Source: a virus. From it: 64,000 bases of DNA. The notes beneath the pieces are model-generated. The model ran no database searches and was not told the DNA's origin. It worked only from the letters and a program-made list of their open reading frames with translations. The translations under genes and the position numbers were made by a program. Location of the stretch: positions 1 to 64,000 of the IMG/VR virus record IMGVR_UViG_3300045988_042567; one strand, given 5' to 3'. Shown here piece by piece: positions 45,197-55,214 of the stretch (the stretch's first letter is position 1; each line of letters opens with the position of its first letter).

Positions 45197-45820
45197 TTGG
45201 ATAAATTAAAGACGTCTTTGGACAACCAATTGTTAATGATGGAGCAGTATAGACTTACTGCTGAGGAGTTGTTAATGATTGAGTTATTATTTATAGCGCA
45301 ACCAGAGGAAGGTCATGGAGAATTCCTTACTAAATATCTTGGATTGCCTATTACTAAAACTGGATTGAGGACTATCTTACTAAGTCTTCAAACTAAGGGA
45401 ATTATTACTAAGAAGTATAAAGTCCCTGAAGCGGGTCAGAAGTTTGACCCCGAAACTGTGATCTTTAATGAGAATTTCATGAGAAATTACAGAAAGTACT
45501 CAGGAGAACTGGGTCAAGAATTATGGGATGCTTATCCTCCAATAGGTATTATTAACGGCAAAGAATATGATATGCGGAATTTCGCCAAACGATTCTTTAC
45601 TGAAGATGAAATGTTCTTCCGATATGGTAAGAATATCGGATGGAGTAAAGATAAGCATAAAGAAGTACTAGAGTTAATCGACTGGGCTAAGAAGAATAAA
45701 TGTAATCTGCTTAATAAGAATATAGCTGATTTCATTATATCTAAATCTTGGGAATCTATTAAAGCATTTAAGGAAGGTCACTTTGATGAAATGGTATTTG
45801 ATACTATAACAGAATTATGA
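45197..45820 (+). CDS. hypothetical protein
   Basis: 207-aa ORF upstream of the helicase. Confidence 0.5.
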   Translation: MDKLKTSLDNQLLMMEQYRLTAEELLMIELLFIAQPEEGHGEFLTKYLGLPITKTGLRTILLSLQTKGIITKKYKVPEAGQKFDPETVIFNENFMRNYRKYSGELGQELWDAYPPIGIINGKEYDMRNFAKRFFTEDEMFFRYGKNIGWSKDKHKEVLELIDWAKKNKCNLLNKNIADFIISKSWESIKAFKEGHFDEMVFDTITEL

Positions 45821-46899
45821 CACATACTAATAGCTTATTGAATCTAATCGAAAGAGGTAGAAGAGGTGATAATCAAGGATTATCACTAGGTCTGCCCAAA
45901 TTAGAACAGATTATTGACGGATTAACTCAAGAAACATATTACTTAGTAGCAGCAGGAACTGGTAATGGTAAAACCAGTTTAGTACTTCACTCTTTTATTT
46001 ATAAAGCACTTCTTGATACAAGTCAAGATAGAGATTTACAGTTTATTATATTCTCACTGGAAATGAGTGCAGAACAGCTATTAGCTAAACTGCTTTCTAT
46101 TCACATTTATGAGACTTATGGTAAACAGATATCTTTTAAAGAATTGCTTTCTAGAGGTAAGGGAGTAACACTATCTGACGAGGATTATGATTTAGTTCAA
46201 GAATGTATTCCATGGCTGGAATCAATAGAAGACAGACTCATAATACATGATGGAACTTTAAATTCAGAGAAGTATAAAGAAATGGTTATAGCAGACTTGA
46301 AGAAGTTTGGAACCTTTGTTGATGAAGACACTTATATACTTAATAATCCTAATCAGATCATAGCTATAATTACTGACCATTTGGGCTTAGTAAGACCGTT
46401 GCCAGGTCGTAGTAAGAAAGAAGAGATTGATACTATTTCTGCATATGGGGTATCATTTAGAAATAAATGTAAAGTATCCCCAATTAATATTATGCAGTTT
46501 AATAGAAATTCTAATAATTCTGAAAGACTAAAGCAAGGATTACAGGAGCCAGATTTGTCCGATTTGAAGGAAAGTGGTTCTCCTAGTGAGGATGCTAATG
46601 TTGTATTAGTATTGTATAATCCATTTAGGAACAAATTGTCTTCTTATAGAGGATATGACATAAAGGAACTAAAGGATGGATTCAGGTCATTACTGGTTCT
46701 TAAGAATAGATTTGGTTCGTCTGACATAGCTATTGGTACAGGATTTTATGGTAGATGTGGTATCTTTAAAGAGTTACCTATTCCATCTGAAATCAATGAC
46801 TATGAGAGGTATAAACATCCAGATTGGACTATCATCGACTTTCCAGAAGATGAAGTCAAAGCTAAACGAGATGATTTACGAGTAACCATAACATTATAA
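45817..46899 (+). CDS. DnaB-like replicative helicase (RecA-fold C-terminal domain)
   Basis: Walker A motif AAGTGNGKTS and the H4 motif SDLKESGSPSEDANVV, compared with DnaB SQLRESGSIEQDAD. Confidence 0.7.
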   Translation: MTHTNSLLNLIERGRRGDNQGLSLGLPKLEQIIDGLTQETYYLVAAGTGNGKTSLVLHSFIYKALLDTSQDRDLQFIIFSLEMSAEQLLAKLLSIHIYETYGKQISFKELLSRGKGVTLSDEDYDLVQECIPWLESIEDRLIIHDGTLNSEKYKEMVIADLKKFGTFVDEDTYILNNPNQIIAIITDHLGLVRPLPGRSKKEEIDTISAYGVSFRNKCKVSPINIMQFNRNSNNSERLKQGLQEPDLSDLKESGSPSEDANVVLVLYNPFRNKLSSYRGYDIKELKDGFRSLLVLKNRFGSSDIAIGTGFYGRCGIFKELPIPSEINDYERYKHPDWTIIDFPEDEVKAKRDDLRVTITL

Positions 46900-46903
46900 C
46901 TTA

Positions 46904-47596
46904 ATGAGCCAAATTATAGGACTTGGAGGATTTTCAGGTAGTGGTAAGTCTAGTTCGCTGCAATATTTGAATCCTAAAGAAACATTTATTATTAGTTGTA
47001 CTCCAAAACAATTATCTATTCCAGGATTTAGAAAGAATTATAAGAAGTTAACTCAGGATAAGGACAAGAATTACGTTGGTAACTGGTATTTTAGTAATGA
47101 ATTTGCTAAGGTAATGAATATTATGAACGTAGTTAATGTTAAACTGCCGGAGATTAAAGTCTTAGCTATTGATGATAGTAATTATCTTCTCTCTCAAGAA
47201 GTAATGTCTAGAAGTGCTGAGAAAGGATATGATAAGCATATTGACTTTGCAAAGCATTATTATGACTTAATTCTTAAGGCAATGACTCTCCGAGACGATT
47301 TAATCGTAATCTTCATATCACATATTGTGAATGATGGTAACGATTATGATCCTAAATATAAACTCTTCACCACCGGTAAGATGTTGGACAGAAGTGTTAA
47401 TATTGATGGACTGTTTAATTACTTGCTCTATGCAGAGAAGATAGTTAATGATGAGGAAGTTACGTATAAATTCAGAACTAAATCCTTAGGTCCTGATACT
47501 TGTAGAAGTACTGCTGGATGTTTCTCTGACTTATATATCGAACCTAATATGAAGATGGTTATTGATACAATTAATAAGTTTGAATTAGGAGAATGA
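46904..47596 (+). CDS. P-loop NTPase
   Basis: Walker A motif GLGGFSGSGKSS. Confidence 0.5.
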   Translation: MSQIIGLGGFSGSGKSSSLQYLNPKETFIISCTPKQLSIPGFRKNYKKLTQDKDKNYVGNWYFSNEFAKVMNIMNVVNVKLPEIKVLAIDDSNYLLSQEVMSRSAEKGYDKHIDFAKHYYDLILKAMTLRDDLIVIFISHIVNDGNDYDPKYKLFTTGKMLDRSVNIDGLFNYLLYAEKIVNDEEVTYKFRTKSLGPDTCRSTAGCFSDLYIEPNMKMVIDTINKFELGE

Positions 47597-48147
47597 TAGT
47601 TAAAATGCTATTAACCCTAGACTTTGATCCTGCTACTGGAGAATATAAATCTCTGAAGCAGGAGATAGTCAAGGAGGAACCTACCAAGAAGGTTACAGTA
47701 GAGGTTGAAGATACAGCGGAACCTCAAGTAACATTAGATTCCAATAAGTATATACTTAATAAGGCAGCTGCTGCTATGATAGGTGCTGCCTGGGGAGATA
47801 GAATTAGTATTAATTACCAGAAGATTGAAGGAGTAACATTCCCGATTATTGGTACCGATGAAGCTTTTGGTACCAAAGGTGGTAATAAGCTTACTAAAGG
47901 TCTATCTGTAAGCTGTAGAGGTAAATCCAATGAGTTATTAAGACAGTATGGAGATACATTTACAGTAACTAAAATGAAGGGCTATGATGATTTGTTTGTA
48001 TTAGTTGGTAATGCTGACAGACCTATAGAACCTGAAGTAGATAACATAGAAGTTAAGGAAGATTTTGACAATGTAGATTTGCCACTAGACACAGAGATTG
48101 AAGATGAGTCAGCTAAAGAGATTGACCCATTAACTTTCGAACTTTAA
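47593..48147 (+). CDS. hypothetical acidic protein
   Basis: 184-aa ORF. Confidence 0.45.
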   Translation: MIVKMLLTLDFDPATGEYKSLKQEIVKEEPTKKVTVEVEDTAEPQVTLDSNKYILNKAAAAMIGAAWGDRISINYQKIEGVTFPIIGTDEAFGTKGGNKLTKGLSVSCRGKSNELLRQYGDTFTVTKMKGYDDLFVLVGNADRPIEPEVDNIEVKEDFDNVDLPLDTEIEDESAKEIDPLTFEL

Positions 48148-48162
48148 TATTCTATTAGAACT

Positions 48163-48846
48163 ATGTCAATGAATTTCAACTTATCCAACACTAACGGTAC
48201 ATCATCAATCAAACCTAGACTGAAACCTTGGGAAATCCATACTGTACTCTTTAAGGGTGTAACTTATAGCGAATTCGCTGGTAAGAAAGACCCAAGTACT
48301 ACTTGGAAGACCATGAAGATTTCGTTTGAGAATGAGAATGGAGTATATGAAGAAACTATATTCTGTCCTAAGGAAGGTGATGATGTGAGACCAGTAACCT
48401 CTAATGGTGGGGTAGAACGTGAGAATCCGTCTAATTTGGAGAAGTTTAAGTTTATGTTAGCTCATGTTGGAGAGCAACTATCTCCTAAGAAATATGAGAA
48501 GTTTAAATCTATGACCTTTGCACTTCCCGATGAATTTGAGAAGTTAGCTAAGACTTTTATTGAGATTACTAAGGATGCTGTTAATAAGCAGACTAAACTG
48601 AAACTGATTGCTAATAAGAAGGGTGAACCTTGTTTGCCATACTTCGTTAATATTAGTAAAGCAGGTGATGCTTATATCTCTAATAACTGGCTGGGTGATA
48701 AGGTCTTCTTCTCTGATTATGAAACTAATCAGATGAATAAACAGAAGAGTAACGGTCCTACAGATATGCCGGGAACAAGTTCTGATGATTTTGGGGTAGC
48801 AGGAGATGCTGCATCAGCTAATTCAGACCTTGACTTTGATGTATAA
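48163..48846 (+). CDS. hypothetical protein
   Basis: 227-aa ORF. Confidence 0.5.
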   Translation: MSMNFNLSNTNGTSSIKPRLKPWEIHTVLFKGVTYSEFAGKKDPSTTWKTMKISFENENGVYEETIFCPKEGDDVRPVTSNGGVERENPSNLEKFKFMLAHVGEQLSPKKYEKFKSMTFALPDEFEKLAKTFIEITKDAVNKQTKLKLIANKKGEPCLPYFVNISKAGDAYISNNWLGDKVFFSDYETNQMNKQKSNGPTDMPGTSSDDFGVAGDAASANSDLDFDV

Positions 48847-48893
48847 GAAATAATTAGTAACTTTAAGGTTCTAACATTAAGTATCGAATCAAT

Positions 48894-49895
48894 ATGGTAT
48901 TAGAGTATGAACCTAAAATTACTAAGAAGTATTTACTTGAAAGGCAATCTCAGGAGACATATCTTGAGTATTATCTTGGTATCCCAGTAAAGAAGGGACT
49001 GTTTAAATCTCCGTTGAGAAATGATAATTCTCCTACGTGTTCCTTTTATAGGAATGCGTCTGGGGATATCATCTTCAATGATTTCAGTGGACAATTTTAT
49101 GGCAATTTTATCAGTGTAGTAATGTATAAGTATAGCTGCTCTTATTATAAGGCTTTACAAATCATTGCTAATGACTTTGGTTATATCAAACACAAGACGT
49201 TGCCTAAAGGTAGTAAGCCAGTAATTAGCAGTACTGAGTTTAAAGACAAGGGACCTGCTGTTATACGGGCTGAAATACAGGAATTCACTGATAAAGAGCT
49301 GGAATGGTGGCATAGATATGGAATTACTAAGGATGTTCTAAAGAAATTTAGAGTGTATTCATGTAAAACTGTATTCCTAAATGGGAATTATTATGCTACT
49401 ACTGGTTCTCAGAACCCCATATTCGGCTATTATCGAGGTAAGAACGATAAAGGCATTGAGTTATGGCGTATATACTTTCCACTTAGGGACAAGGGAACTA
49501 CAAGATTTCTCTCTAATTGGAAGGCTGTCATGTTGCAAGGAGCTCATCAACTCCCAGCAGAAGGTGATTTGTTAGTAATTACTAAAAGTATGAAGGACGT
49601 AATGTGCCTATATTCTTTAGGAATTACTGCAATAGCTCCTAATTCTGAGAATCTATTCATAACTGAATCTCAGTTTGAGAAACTCAGCAAGAGATTTAAG
49701 AAGATAGTAGTGTTCTATGACAATGACTTAGCTGGAATTCATAATATGAATCGGATAAGGAAGCAATTTGGAGTAGAATGCCTATGGATTCCTAGATCTT
49801 ATGGAGCTAAGGATATATCCGACTTTCATGCTAAATATGGTAGAGATGCAACACTTAACTTAATTAACGAAGCATGGAAGGTACTGAAGAAGTAA
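48894..49895 (+). CDS. DnaG-like primase (TOPRIM domain)
   Basis: TOPRIM acidic motif VVFYDNDLAG, with an upstream E (LLVITKSMKD), in a replication-gene context. Confidence 0.6.
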   Translation: MVLEYEPKITKKYLLERQSQETYLEYYLGIPVKKGLFKSPLRNDNSPTCSFYRNASGDIIFNDFSGQFYGNFISVVMYKYSCSYYKALQIIANDFGYIKHKTLPKGSKPVISSTEFKDKGPAVIRAEIQEFTDKELEWWHRYGITKDVLKKFRVYSCKTVFLNGNYYATTGSQNPIFGYYRGKNDKGIELWRIYFPLRDKGTTRFLSNWKAVMLQGAHQLPAEGDLLVITKSMKDVMCLYSLGITAIAPNSENLFITESQFEKLSKRFKKIVVFYDNDLAGIHNMNRIRKQFGVECLWIPRSYGAKDISDFHAKYGRDATLNLINEAWKVLKK

Positions 49896-50263
49896 AACCA
49901 AAGAAGAAACGTAACGGTGCTTATGCTAAACGTAAGGGTAATAATTATGAACTTAAAATTATTAAGGAATTAATTGAACTCGGTTATAAAGGATTAAAAT
50001 CGTCTCGTAGTGAATCTAAGAATTTGGATGATGCTAAGATTGATATCGCAGAAACCGAGGACAAATTACCTTGTTATGTTCAATGCAAATGTACTAAGAA
50101 TACTCCATCTATTGCTGAAATCATCAAAACTTGTGGACGTAAAGACAGGCCATTAGTAATAGTCTGGAATAAACAAGTTGATAAAGGTGTGAATATGGGC
50201 TCTGATGGAGAATACGTTATGATGAGTAAAGATTTCTTTTACGAACTTATTAAGAAGTCTTAG
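49874..50263 (+). CDS. hypothetical basic protein
   Basis: 129-aa ORF. Confidence 0.45.
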   Translation: MEGTEEVKPKKKRNGAYAKRKGNNYELKIIKELIELGYKGLKSSRSESKNLDDAKIDIAETEDKLPCYVQCKCTKNTPSIAEIIKTCGRKDRPLVIVWNKQVDKGVNMGSDGEYVMMSKDFFYELIKKS

Positions 50264-50372
50264 TAAGAGATGGTTGAAATTTATGAAGACACTTTAACTG
50301 AAGTAAGACTTACCTACGGCTTTGATTTGTCTTATGAAGTTCTATATTGCCTTAAAATTTTAAACTAAATAA

Positions 50373-50594
50373 ATGAGTACTTACATTCTACCATGTTATG
50401 GTCTTAATAATGGAGACTTGTGGTTAGAGAAAGTGAGAGCCAGAAGCTTCACAGAAGCTGAAGACAAGTTCATAAACTTGTTCGTTGAAGATTATGATAT
50501 TGATCTACCTGGAGATTATGAAGAACTAGGGGTAATCATGTCAAGAGACAGAGAGATAATTATTGGTGACATCTATGATATAGAAGAATTCTAA
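50373..50594 (+). CDS. hypothetical protein
   Basis: 73-aa ORF. Confidence 0.35.
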   Translation: MSTYILPCYGLNNGDLWLEKVRARSFTEAEDKFINLFVEDYDIDLPGDYEELGVIMSRDREIIIGDIYDIEEF

Positions 50595-50616
50595 AATCAT
50601 AACAAGATGCTATTGA

Positions 50617-51120
50617 ATGTTCAGAATAGGATTAGATATAGATGATTGTTTGGCTGGTTTTTGGGGTGCTTATTGTGAGCGTTTCGATACAGCTAACAAT
50701 CCTCACATGCTTAAAGACCATATAATTACTAGGAATGTACAACAAATCCTTAGTAAGGAGAGAGATTTCTGGTTAAATCTCCCAGTTATTAATAGACCTG
50801 ACTTTATTCCAGAGCTGTATTGTACTAAGAGAGTCAATAATAAGGCATGGACTAGAGAATGGCTCAGGAGGAATGGATTTCCTGACAGACCAATTTATCA
50901 AATGGTATACCAGCATGGTAATAAAGCTGATATGATTAAAGGTAAAGTGGATGTCTTTATTGATGATTCTTTAAGTAATGTAATCAAATGTCAACGTTCT
51001 GGGGTGCCAGCGCTACTGTATCATACAGACAGAACTGTTGATTTCCCTATGTTCAAGGTATTCTCACTAAATAGAACTGAGATAATCGATGCTTATCTAT
51101 TTATGAAGCAATATGCTTGA
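50617..51120 (+). CDS. 5'(3')-deoxyribonucleotidase (HAD/NT5C family)
   Basis: An N-terminal motif IGLDIDDCLAGF matches the DxDx(T/V) HAD motif I as found in NT5C; there is also a C-terminal DD motif. Confidence 0.55.
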   Translation: MFRIGLDIDDCLAGFWGAYCERFDTANNPHMLKDHIITRNVQQILSKERDFWLNLPVINRPDFIPELYCTKRVNNKAWTREWLRRNGFPDRPIYQMVYQHGNKADMIKGKVDVFIDDSLSNVIKCQRSGVPALLYHTDRTVDFPMFKVFSLNRTEIIDAYLFMKQYA

Positions 51121-52150
51121 GGAAATTAAAATAACACCACTAATTGAAACCATAGAATATTTAGACATAAGTGATGAAGAATACTTCGGGGATGCTTATT
51201 CTGATTACATCAGTAACTCTAGATTGAAGCTAATAAATCCAGAGCAAGGTGGAAGTCCTGCTTTGTATAAAGCTGGTTTAGAAGCAGACTCTAGGTATTC
51301 TGACTCACTGTATTTTGGTTCAGCAGTACATGAATTAATACTGCAACCAGAATCATTTATTCTTGTAGAAACAGTTAATAGACCTACAGCTAAAGCTGGA
51401 TTCATGGCGGATGAATTATATCCTACATTTGTAGCTAATCATGTTGTTACTGCTGATGAAATTATAGCAGCATCAGATAAAGTTAGCTATTATAAGGGTA
51501 AAATGGATGCTGATAAGATGGAAGCTCTACGTATTAAATGCGAAGACTACTATGCTCAGCGTACAGCCTATGAATGGGGAAGTAAATATGTTGCCGATAA
51601 GGTTCCTATTTATTTAGATCCCAAGTCTAGAGACAAGCTACGAGAATGTCTCACATCAGTTGAATGCAATAAGCAAATACAGTCATTATTAAAACCAGAA
51701 GGTTTATTTGCAGAACCTGTTATAGCTAATGAAGCAGCCTTATTAATGTCTGTGTTGGTAGAACATGGTGGCAAGAATAAGGTATTAAAACTTAAAGCTA
51801 AGCTTGATAATTTCACATACTGTCCTGATAGCGATGAGTTAACACTCAATGACTTAAAGACAAGTGGGCATTATCTTACTAAGTTTGGCGAGAGTTTTGA
51901 TAAGTATCATTATGCTAGACAAATGGCTATGTATATGTGGATGCTTAAACTGTATATTGAGAGCACATATAAGGTCAAACCTTCTTTAAAGGCTAATATG
52001 CTAGTAGTATCTACAGTTCCTGATTTCAGGTCTGGAGTATACCCAGTCACTAATGGTCATATGAAAGAAGGATTCTTAGAGTTTACTAAGTTGTTACGTA
52101 TGGTAGCATACTACGAACTGTATGGATACGATGCTGATGGAATACTATGA
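51113..52150 (+). CDS. putative PD-(D/E)xK exonuclease (YqaJ/lambda-exo-like)
   Basis: FGSAVHELIL...LNDLKTSGHY resembles the D...E-x-K layout; the assignment is weak. Confidence 0.4.
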   Translation: MLEEIKITPLIETIEYLDISDEEYFGDAYSDYISNSRLKLINPEQGGSPALYKAGLEADSRYSDSLYFGSAVHELILQPESFILVETVNRPTAKAGFMADELYPTFVANHVVTADEIIAASDKVSYYKGKMDADKMEALRIKCEDYYAQRTAYEWGSKYVADKVPIYLDPKSRDKLRECLTSVECNKQIQSLLKPEGLFAEPVIANEAALLMSVLVEHGGKNKVLKLKAKLDNFTYCPDSDELTLNDLKTSGHYLTKFGESFDKYHYARQMAMYMWMLKLYIESTYKVKPSLKANMLVVSTVPDFRSGVYPVTNGHMKEGFLEFTKLLRMVAYYELYGYDADGIL

Positions 52151-52514
52151 ACCAACTCTGAATGACTTAAGGGAGTATTATAAGGATTACTTCAGTTTGG
52201 GGTGTTTAGCTTGTGATATAGGAACTAAGTTTGCCTTGATCTCACTAATATGCTTCCTTACTAAGCAAGCCAGAAATAAGACTCCTAATGCTACTACTTG
52301 GCAAGTAATTCAGAAAGTTCGTAAGGGTAAAGAGTCTCATAACTCTGAAAGGATTCTTAAAGGTCTTGCAGTTATCTGCGATGACTTCATGAGAAATACT
52401 ACAGAGTTCCTTACATTCGATATGAAGTCTTCTAAGGAAATGGTTGATAAAATCAATGAGATTCTTGATAAAGAATTACCCTGGGAAGATTCAACTCCAG
52501 ATTTACCATTTTAA
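52122..52514 (+). CDS. hypothetical protein
   Basis: 130-aa ORF. Confidence 0.4.
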   Translation: MDTMLMEYYEPTLNDLREYYKDYFSLGCLACDIGTKFALISLICFLTKQARNKTPNATTWQVIQKVRKGKESHNSERILKGLAVICDDFMRNTTEFLTFDMKSSKEMVDKINEILDKELPWEDSTPDLPF

Positions 52515-52519
52515 AGTGT

Positions 52520-52741
52520 ATGAATAACACTAGATATGTAAACAACAAAGCTATTCTTAATAAGTTATCCGATTTAATAGACAAGTATCCAGACATGAGA
52601 TTTAATCAACTGTTATGGGCTACTGGGATAATCACTAATGATGAGAATGGCATAATAGATAAATTCTATGAAGAGAGTGAAGCTACATGGCGTGGAATGT
52701 GCAATAATACATTTTGCTTTCCACCTAATGATAATAGTTAA
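52520..52741 (+). CDS. hypothetical protein
   Basis: 73-aa ORF. Confidence 0.35.
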   Translation: MNNTRYVNNKAILNKLSDLIDKYPDMRFNQLLWATGIITNDENGIIDKFYEESEATWRGMCNNTFCFPPNDNS

Positions 52742-52772
52742 AATAATTTAGCGCATTATTTATTAGTCATTA

Positions 52773-52804
52773 CTTGTCCAATTGGAGATAAAGTAGTACC
52801 TTTG
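52773..52804 (+). promoter_or_regulatory. Bacteroidetes-type promoter (TTG-N20-TAccTTTG), copy 1
   Basis: A cTTG at 52773-52776 and TACCTTTG at 52797-52804 match the -33 TTTG and -7 TAnnTTTG consensus. Confidence 0.5.
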
Positions 52805-52872
52805 CAGCATCCTCCCTGAAAGAAGAGGTCAGATTGAGAATACAACATTAAGATTATTTTACATCAGTATTG

Positions 52873-52904
52873 CTTGGTAATCCAATATTAAAGCAGTACC
52901 TTTG
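52873..52904 (+). promoter_or_regulatory. Bacteroidetes-type promoter, copy 2 (a 100-bp tandem duplicate)
   Basis: A cTTG at 52873-52876 and TACCTTTG at 52897-52904, in the same register 100 bp downstream of copy 1. Confidence 0.5.
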
Positions 52905-52940
52905 TAATACAATAACAAAGAGATTACACTCAATGGAATA

Positions 52941-53498
52941 ATGTTTAAAACTCAATTAATTATGACTAATCAAGTAAATTTTAAGAAAGTAGAAGTTAAA
53001 GGTTACACTAAACAAGAAGCAGTTGCACAAGCCCCATTCCAAGTAATTCGTGATGCTACTCAGGCATGGAAAGCTGCTGGTAAGCCCATCACTGACAAAG
53101 CATTGAAGGAATTCTGTGCTGAGTATCTTACTAAACATACTAAGATGGCTGCTGGTGTTGGATGTTCCATTACGTTTGAGGCAGGTTCTGCTGACACTCG
53201 TGAGCGTCCGTACACTATGATTGACATCAAGAATGAGAAAGGCAAGAGAAAGTATAAGACTGGTTATCAAGGTATTAATCCTGCAACTGGTGAAGTACTG
53301 TTTATCAATTTCGAGACTAAGACTAAGGCTAAAGAAGTAGCTAAGGAACTGTACACTAAGAAAGACTACACTGGTGACGTATATTGCAAGTATATTAAGG
53401 CAGTAGTTGAAGGTGAGGATGGTGCTTTTGAAGTTAAGTACACTCCGTCTAAGTCAGCTAAGATGGGCACATATATCTGCTTTGGGGTTGAAGGATAA
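52941..53498 (+). CDS. hypothetical protein, probably highly expressed (own promoters and terminator)
   Basis: 185-aa ORF flanked by two promoters and a rho-independent terminator. Confidence 0.55.
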   Translation: MFKTQLIMTNQVNFKKVEVKGYTKQEAVAQAPFQVIRDATQAWKAAGKPITDKALKEFCAEYLTKHTKMAAGVGCSITFEAGSADTRERPYTMIDIKNEKGKRKYKTGYQGINPATGEVLFINFETKTKAKEVAKELYTKKDYTGDVYCKYIKAVVEGEDGAFEVKYTPSKSAKMGTYICFGVEG

Positions 53499-53526
53499 GT
53501 TATAACTTCTATTGACCTTAAATATC

Positions 53527-53572
53527 AAGGGGATTATCTTATGTTTAATAAGGTAGTCCCCTTATTCTTTAT
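53527..53572 (+). terminator. rho-independent terminator
   Basis: A hairpin AAGGGGA...TCCCCTT (7-bp stem) followed by a T-rich tract ATTCTTTAT. Confidence 0.5.
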
Positions 53573-53643
53573 AGATACTTAGTAGCAAAGAGATTAGAAA
53601 TTTTATATTAAGGCCGAAAGGCTATCTAATTTACATCAGTAAT

Positions 53644-55206
53644 ATGAGAAACGAAACTCTAGTCAAATTGATCAGTCACTTACATAACGTAATTAAAGAT
53701 AACGTCAGTATGAATGCTTATGCTGAGAAGACAGGTCTTCCTCAGAATTATTTCTGCAATAAGCGTAAGCAACTAGAATTTGACTATGAGGCTAACAAGG
53801 TATCTAATGAACAGTATTCTACTGTCATGGATTTGTTTAAACAGATTAAAGAACGAGGTTATGTTGGAACTACTAAATCCAAAGCCAAGAATACCTCTGA
53901 AAAGACTAGTACTGGAACCATTCAGTATATAAGAGACACAGAAGGTAGGATTATTGCCTATGAATTTACTGTGCCTTTGCGTGATAAAGCTCCTTTAGCC
54001 GGAAGACTTACACGTGATGAAATGAATATGATTTATAGATTGTATTCATATTATGGCTCTTCTATCACGCAAAGAGAAGTTAGCCGTAGCTTCCCAGAAT
54101 ATTCATTGGAAGATTTCAAGAAGATTCTGAGAGTATTTAATATTACTAAGGCTTCAGCTCCGTTTGCTCCTCATATTATAGAGGAGAATACTCCTGAACA
54201 GCTTCAAGTTATGCAACTAAGAGAGAAGGAGAATGACTTTCTTAGAGGCATAGAAGCTCAAAGGATAAAACAGAACGAATCCTTATTAAAGAAGTATGCA
54301 TTAGAGAATGCAGAATTAAAGTCTAAGATTGAAGATGGTAAACATATTCTAGAAGGTTTAGACATTAATAATTTGTATGATTGGGGCAAATCACCTACGA
54401 TAACCAATGGTAAAGACTTAATCATTTGGTTATCTGATATTCATACTGGAGCAGCTGTATCTCCACAATCTATTTATCAAAATCCTTATAATGAGGAAGA
54501 GATGAAGAGAAGATTTGATATGATTCTTAAAAGAGTATATACAGAAGCCTATCATATAGGTGGAGGATTTGAGAATATTGTTATCTGTAATCTTGGGGAC
54601 TCTCTAGATGGATATAATGGTCAGACTACTAGAGGTGGACATGACCTAGCTCAGAATATGAGCAATAAAGAACAACTGCATACTTATATAAAACTAATGA
54701 CTAGTTTTGTTAAGTCTATACAGGAAGAGATTAAGCATTCCAATTTATATTATTACTGTGTTGGGGAATCTAACCACGATGGTGATTTTGGATATGCTGC
54801 TAATATAGCATTGGCTGCTATACTTGAACAGTTCGATATTAAGTGTCAAGTATTTGATAAATTTATCGGAGAGTTCAAACTTGGTGACGTTACTTATGTA
54901 ATGTGTCACGGTAAAGATAACAAGGATATGTTCAAGAATTTGCCGCTAACCCTAGATGTAAAGACTGAGAACTTTATTAATGAGTATCTGGATAATAGAG
55001 GAATCTCCGGTAATGTAGTCTTTGTAAAGGGAGATTTACATCAATCCGCTACTACCTATGGTAGAAGATTTACTTATAAGTCTGTAGGCTCATTATTTGG
55101 AAGTTCTGAGTGGATACACAAGAACTTCGGTAATACTCTTGCATCCTGTGATTATAGCATTGTAGATGGTAAGAACACGTTAGATGGACGAATTATCTTA
55201 CAATAA
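53644..55206 (+). CDS. calcineurin-like metallophosphoesterase (Mre11/SbcD-like) with an N-terminal extension
   Basis: Motifs LSDIHTG (DxH), NLGDSLDG (GDxxD), VGESNHD (GNHD/E) and MCHGKD (H). Confidence 0.55.
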   Translation: MRNETLVKLISHLHNVIKDNVSMNAYAEKTGLPQNYFCNKRKQLEFDYEANKVSNEQYSTVMDLFKQIKERGYVGTTKSKAKNTSEKTSTGTIQYIRDTEGRIIAYEFTVPLRDKAPLAGRLTRDEMNMIYRLYSYYGSSITQREVSRSFPEYSLEDFKKILRVFNITKASAPFAPHIIEENTPEQLQVMQLREKENDFLRGIEAQRIKQNESLLKKYALENAELKSKIEDGKHILEGLDINNLYDWGKSPTITNGKDLIIWLSDIHTGAAVSPQSIYQNPYNEEEMKRRFDMILKRVYTEAYHIGGGFENIVICNLGDSLDGYNGQTTRGGHDLAQNMSNKEQLHTYIKLMTSFVKSIQEEIKHSNLYYYCVGESNHDGDFGYAANIALAAILEQFDIKCQVFDKFIGEFKLGDVTYVMCHGKDNKDMFKNLPLTLDVKTENFINEYLDNRGISGNVVFVKGDLHQSATTYGRRFTYKSVGSLFGSSEWIHKNFGNTLASCDYSIVDGKNTLDGRIILQ

Positions 55207-55214
55207 TGTAAACA

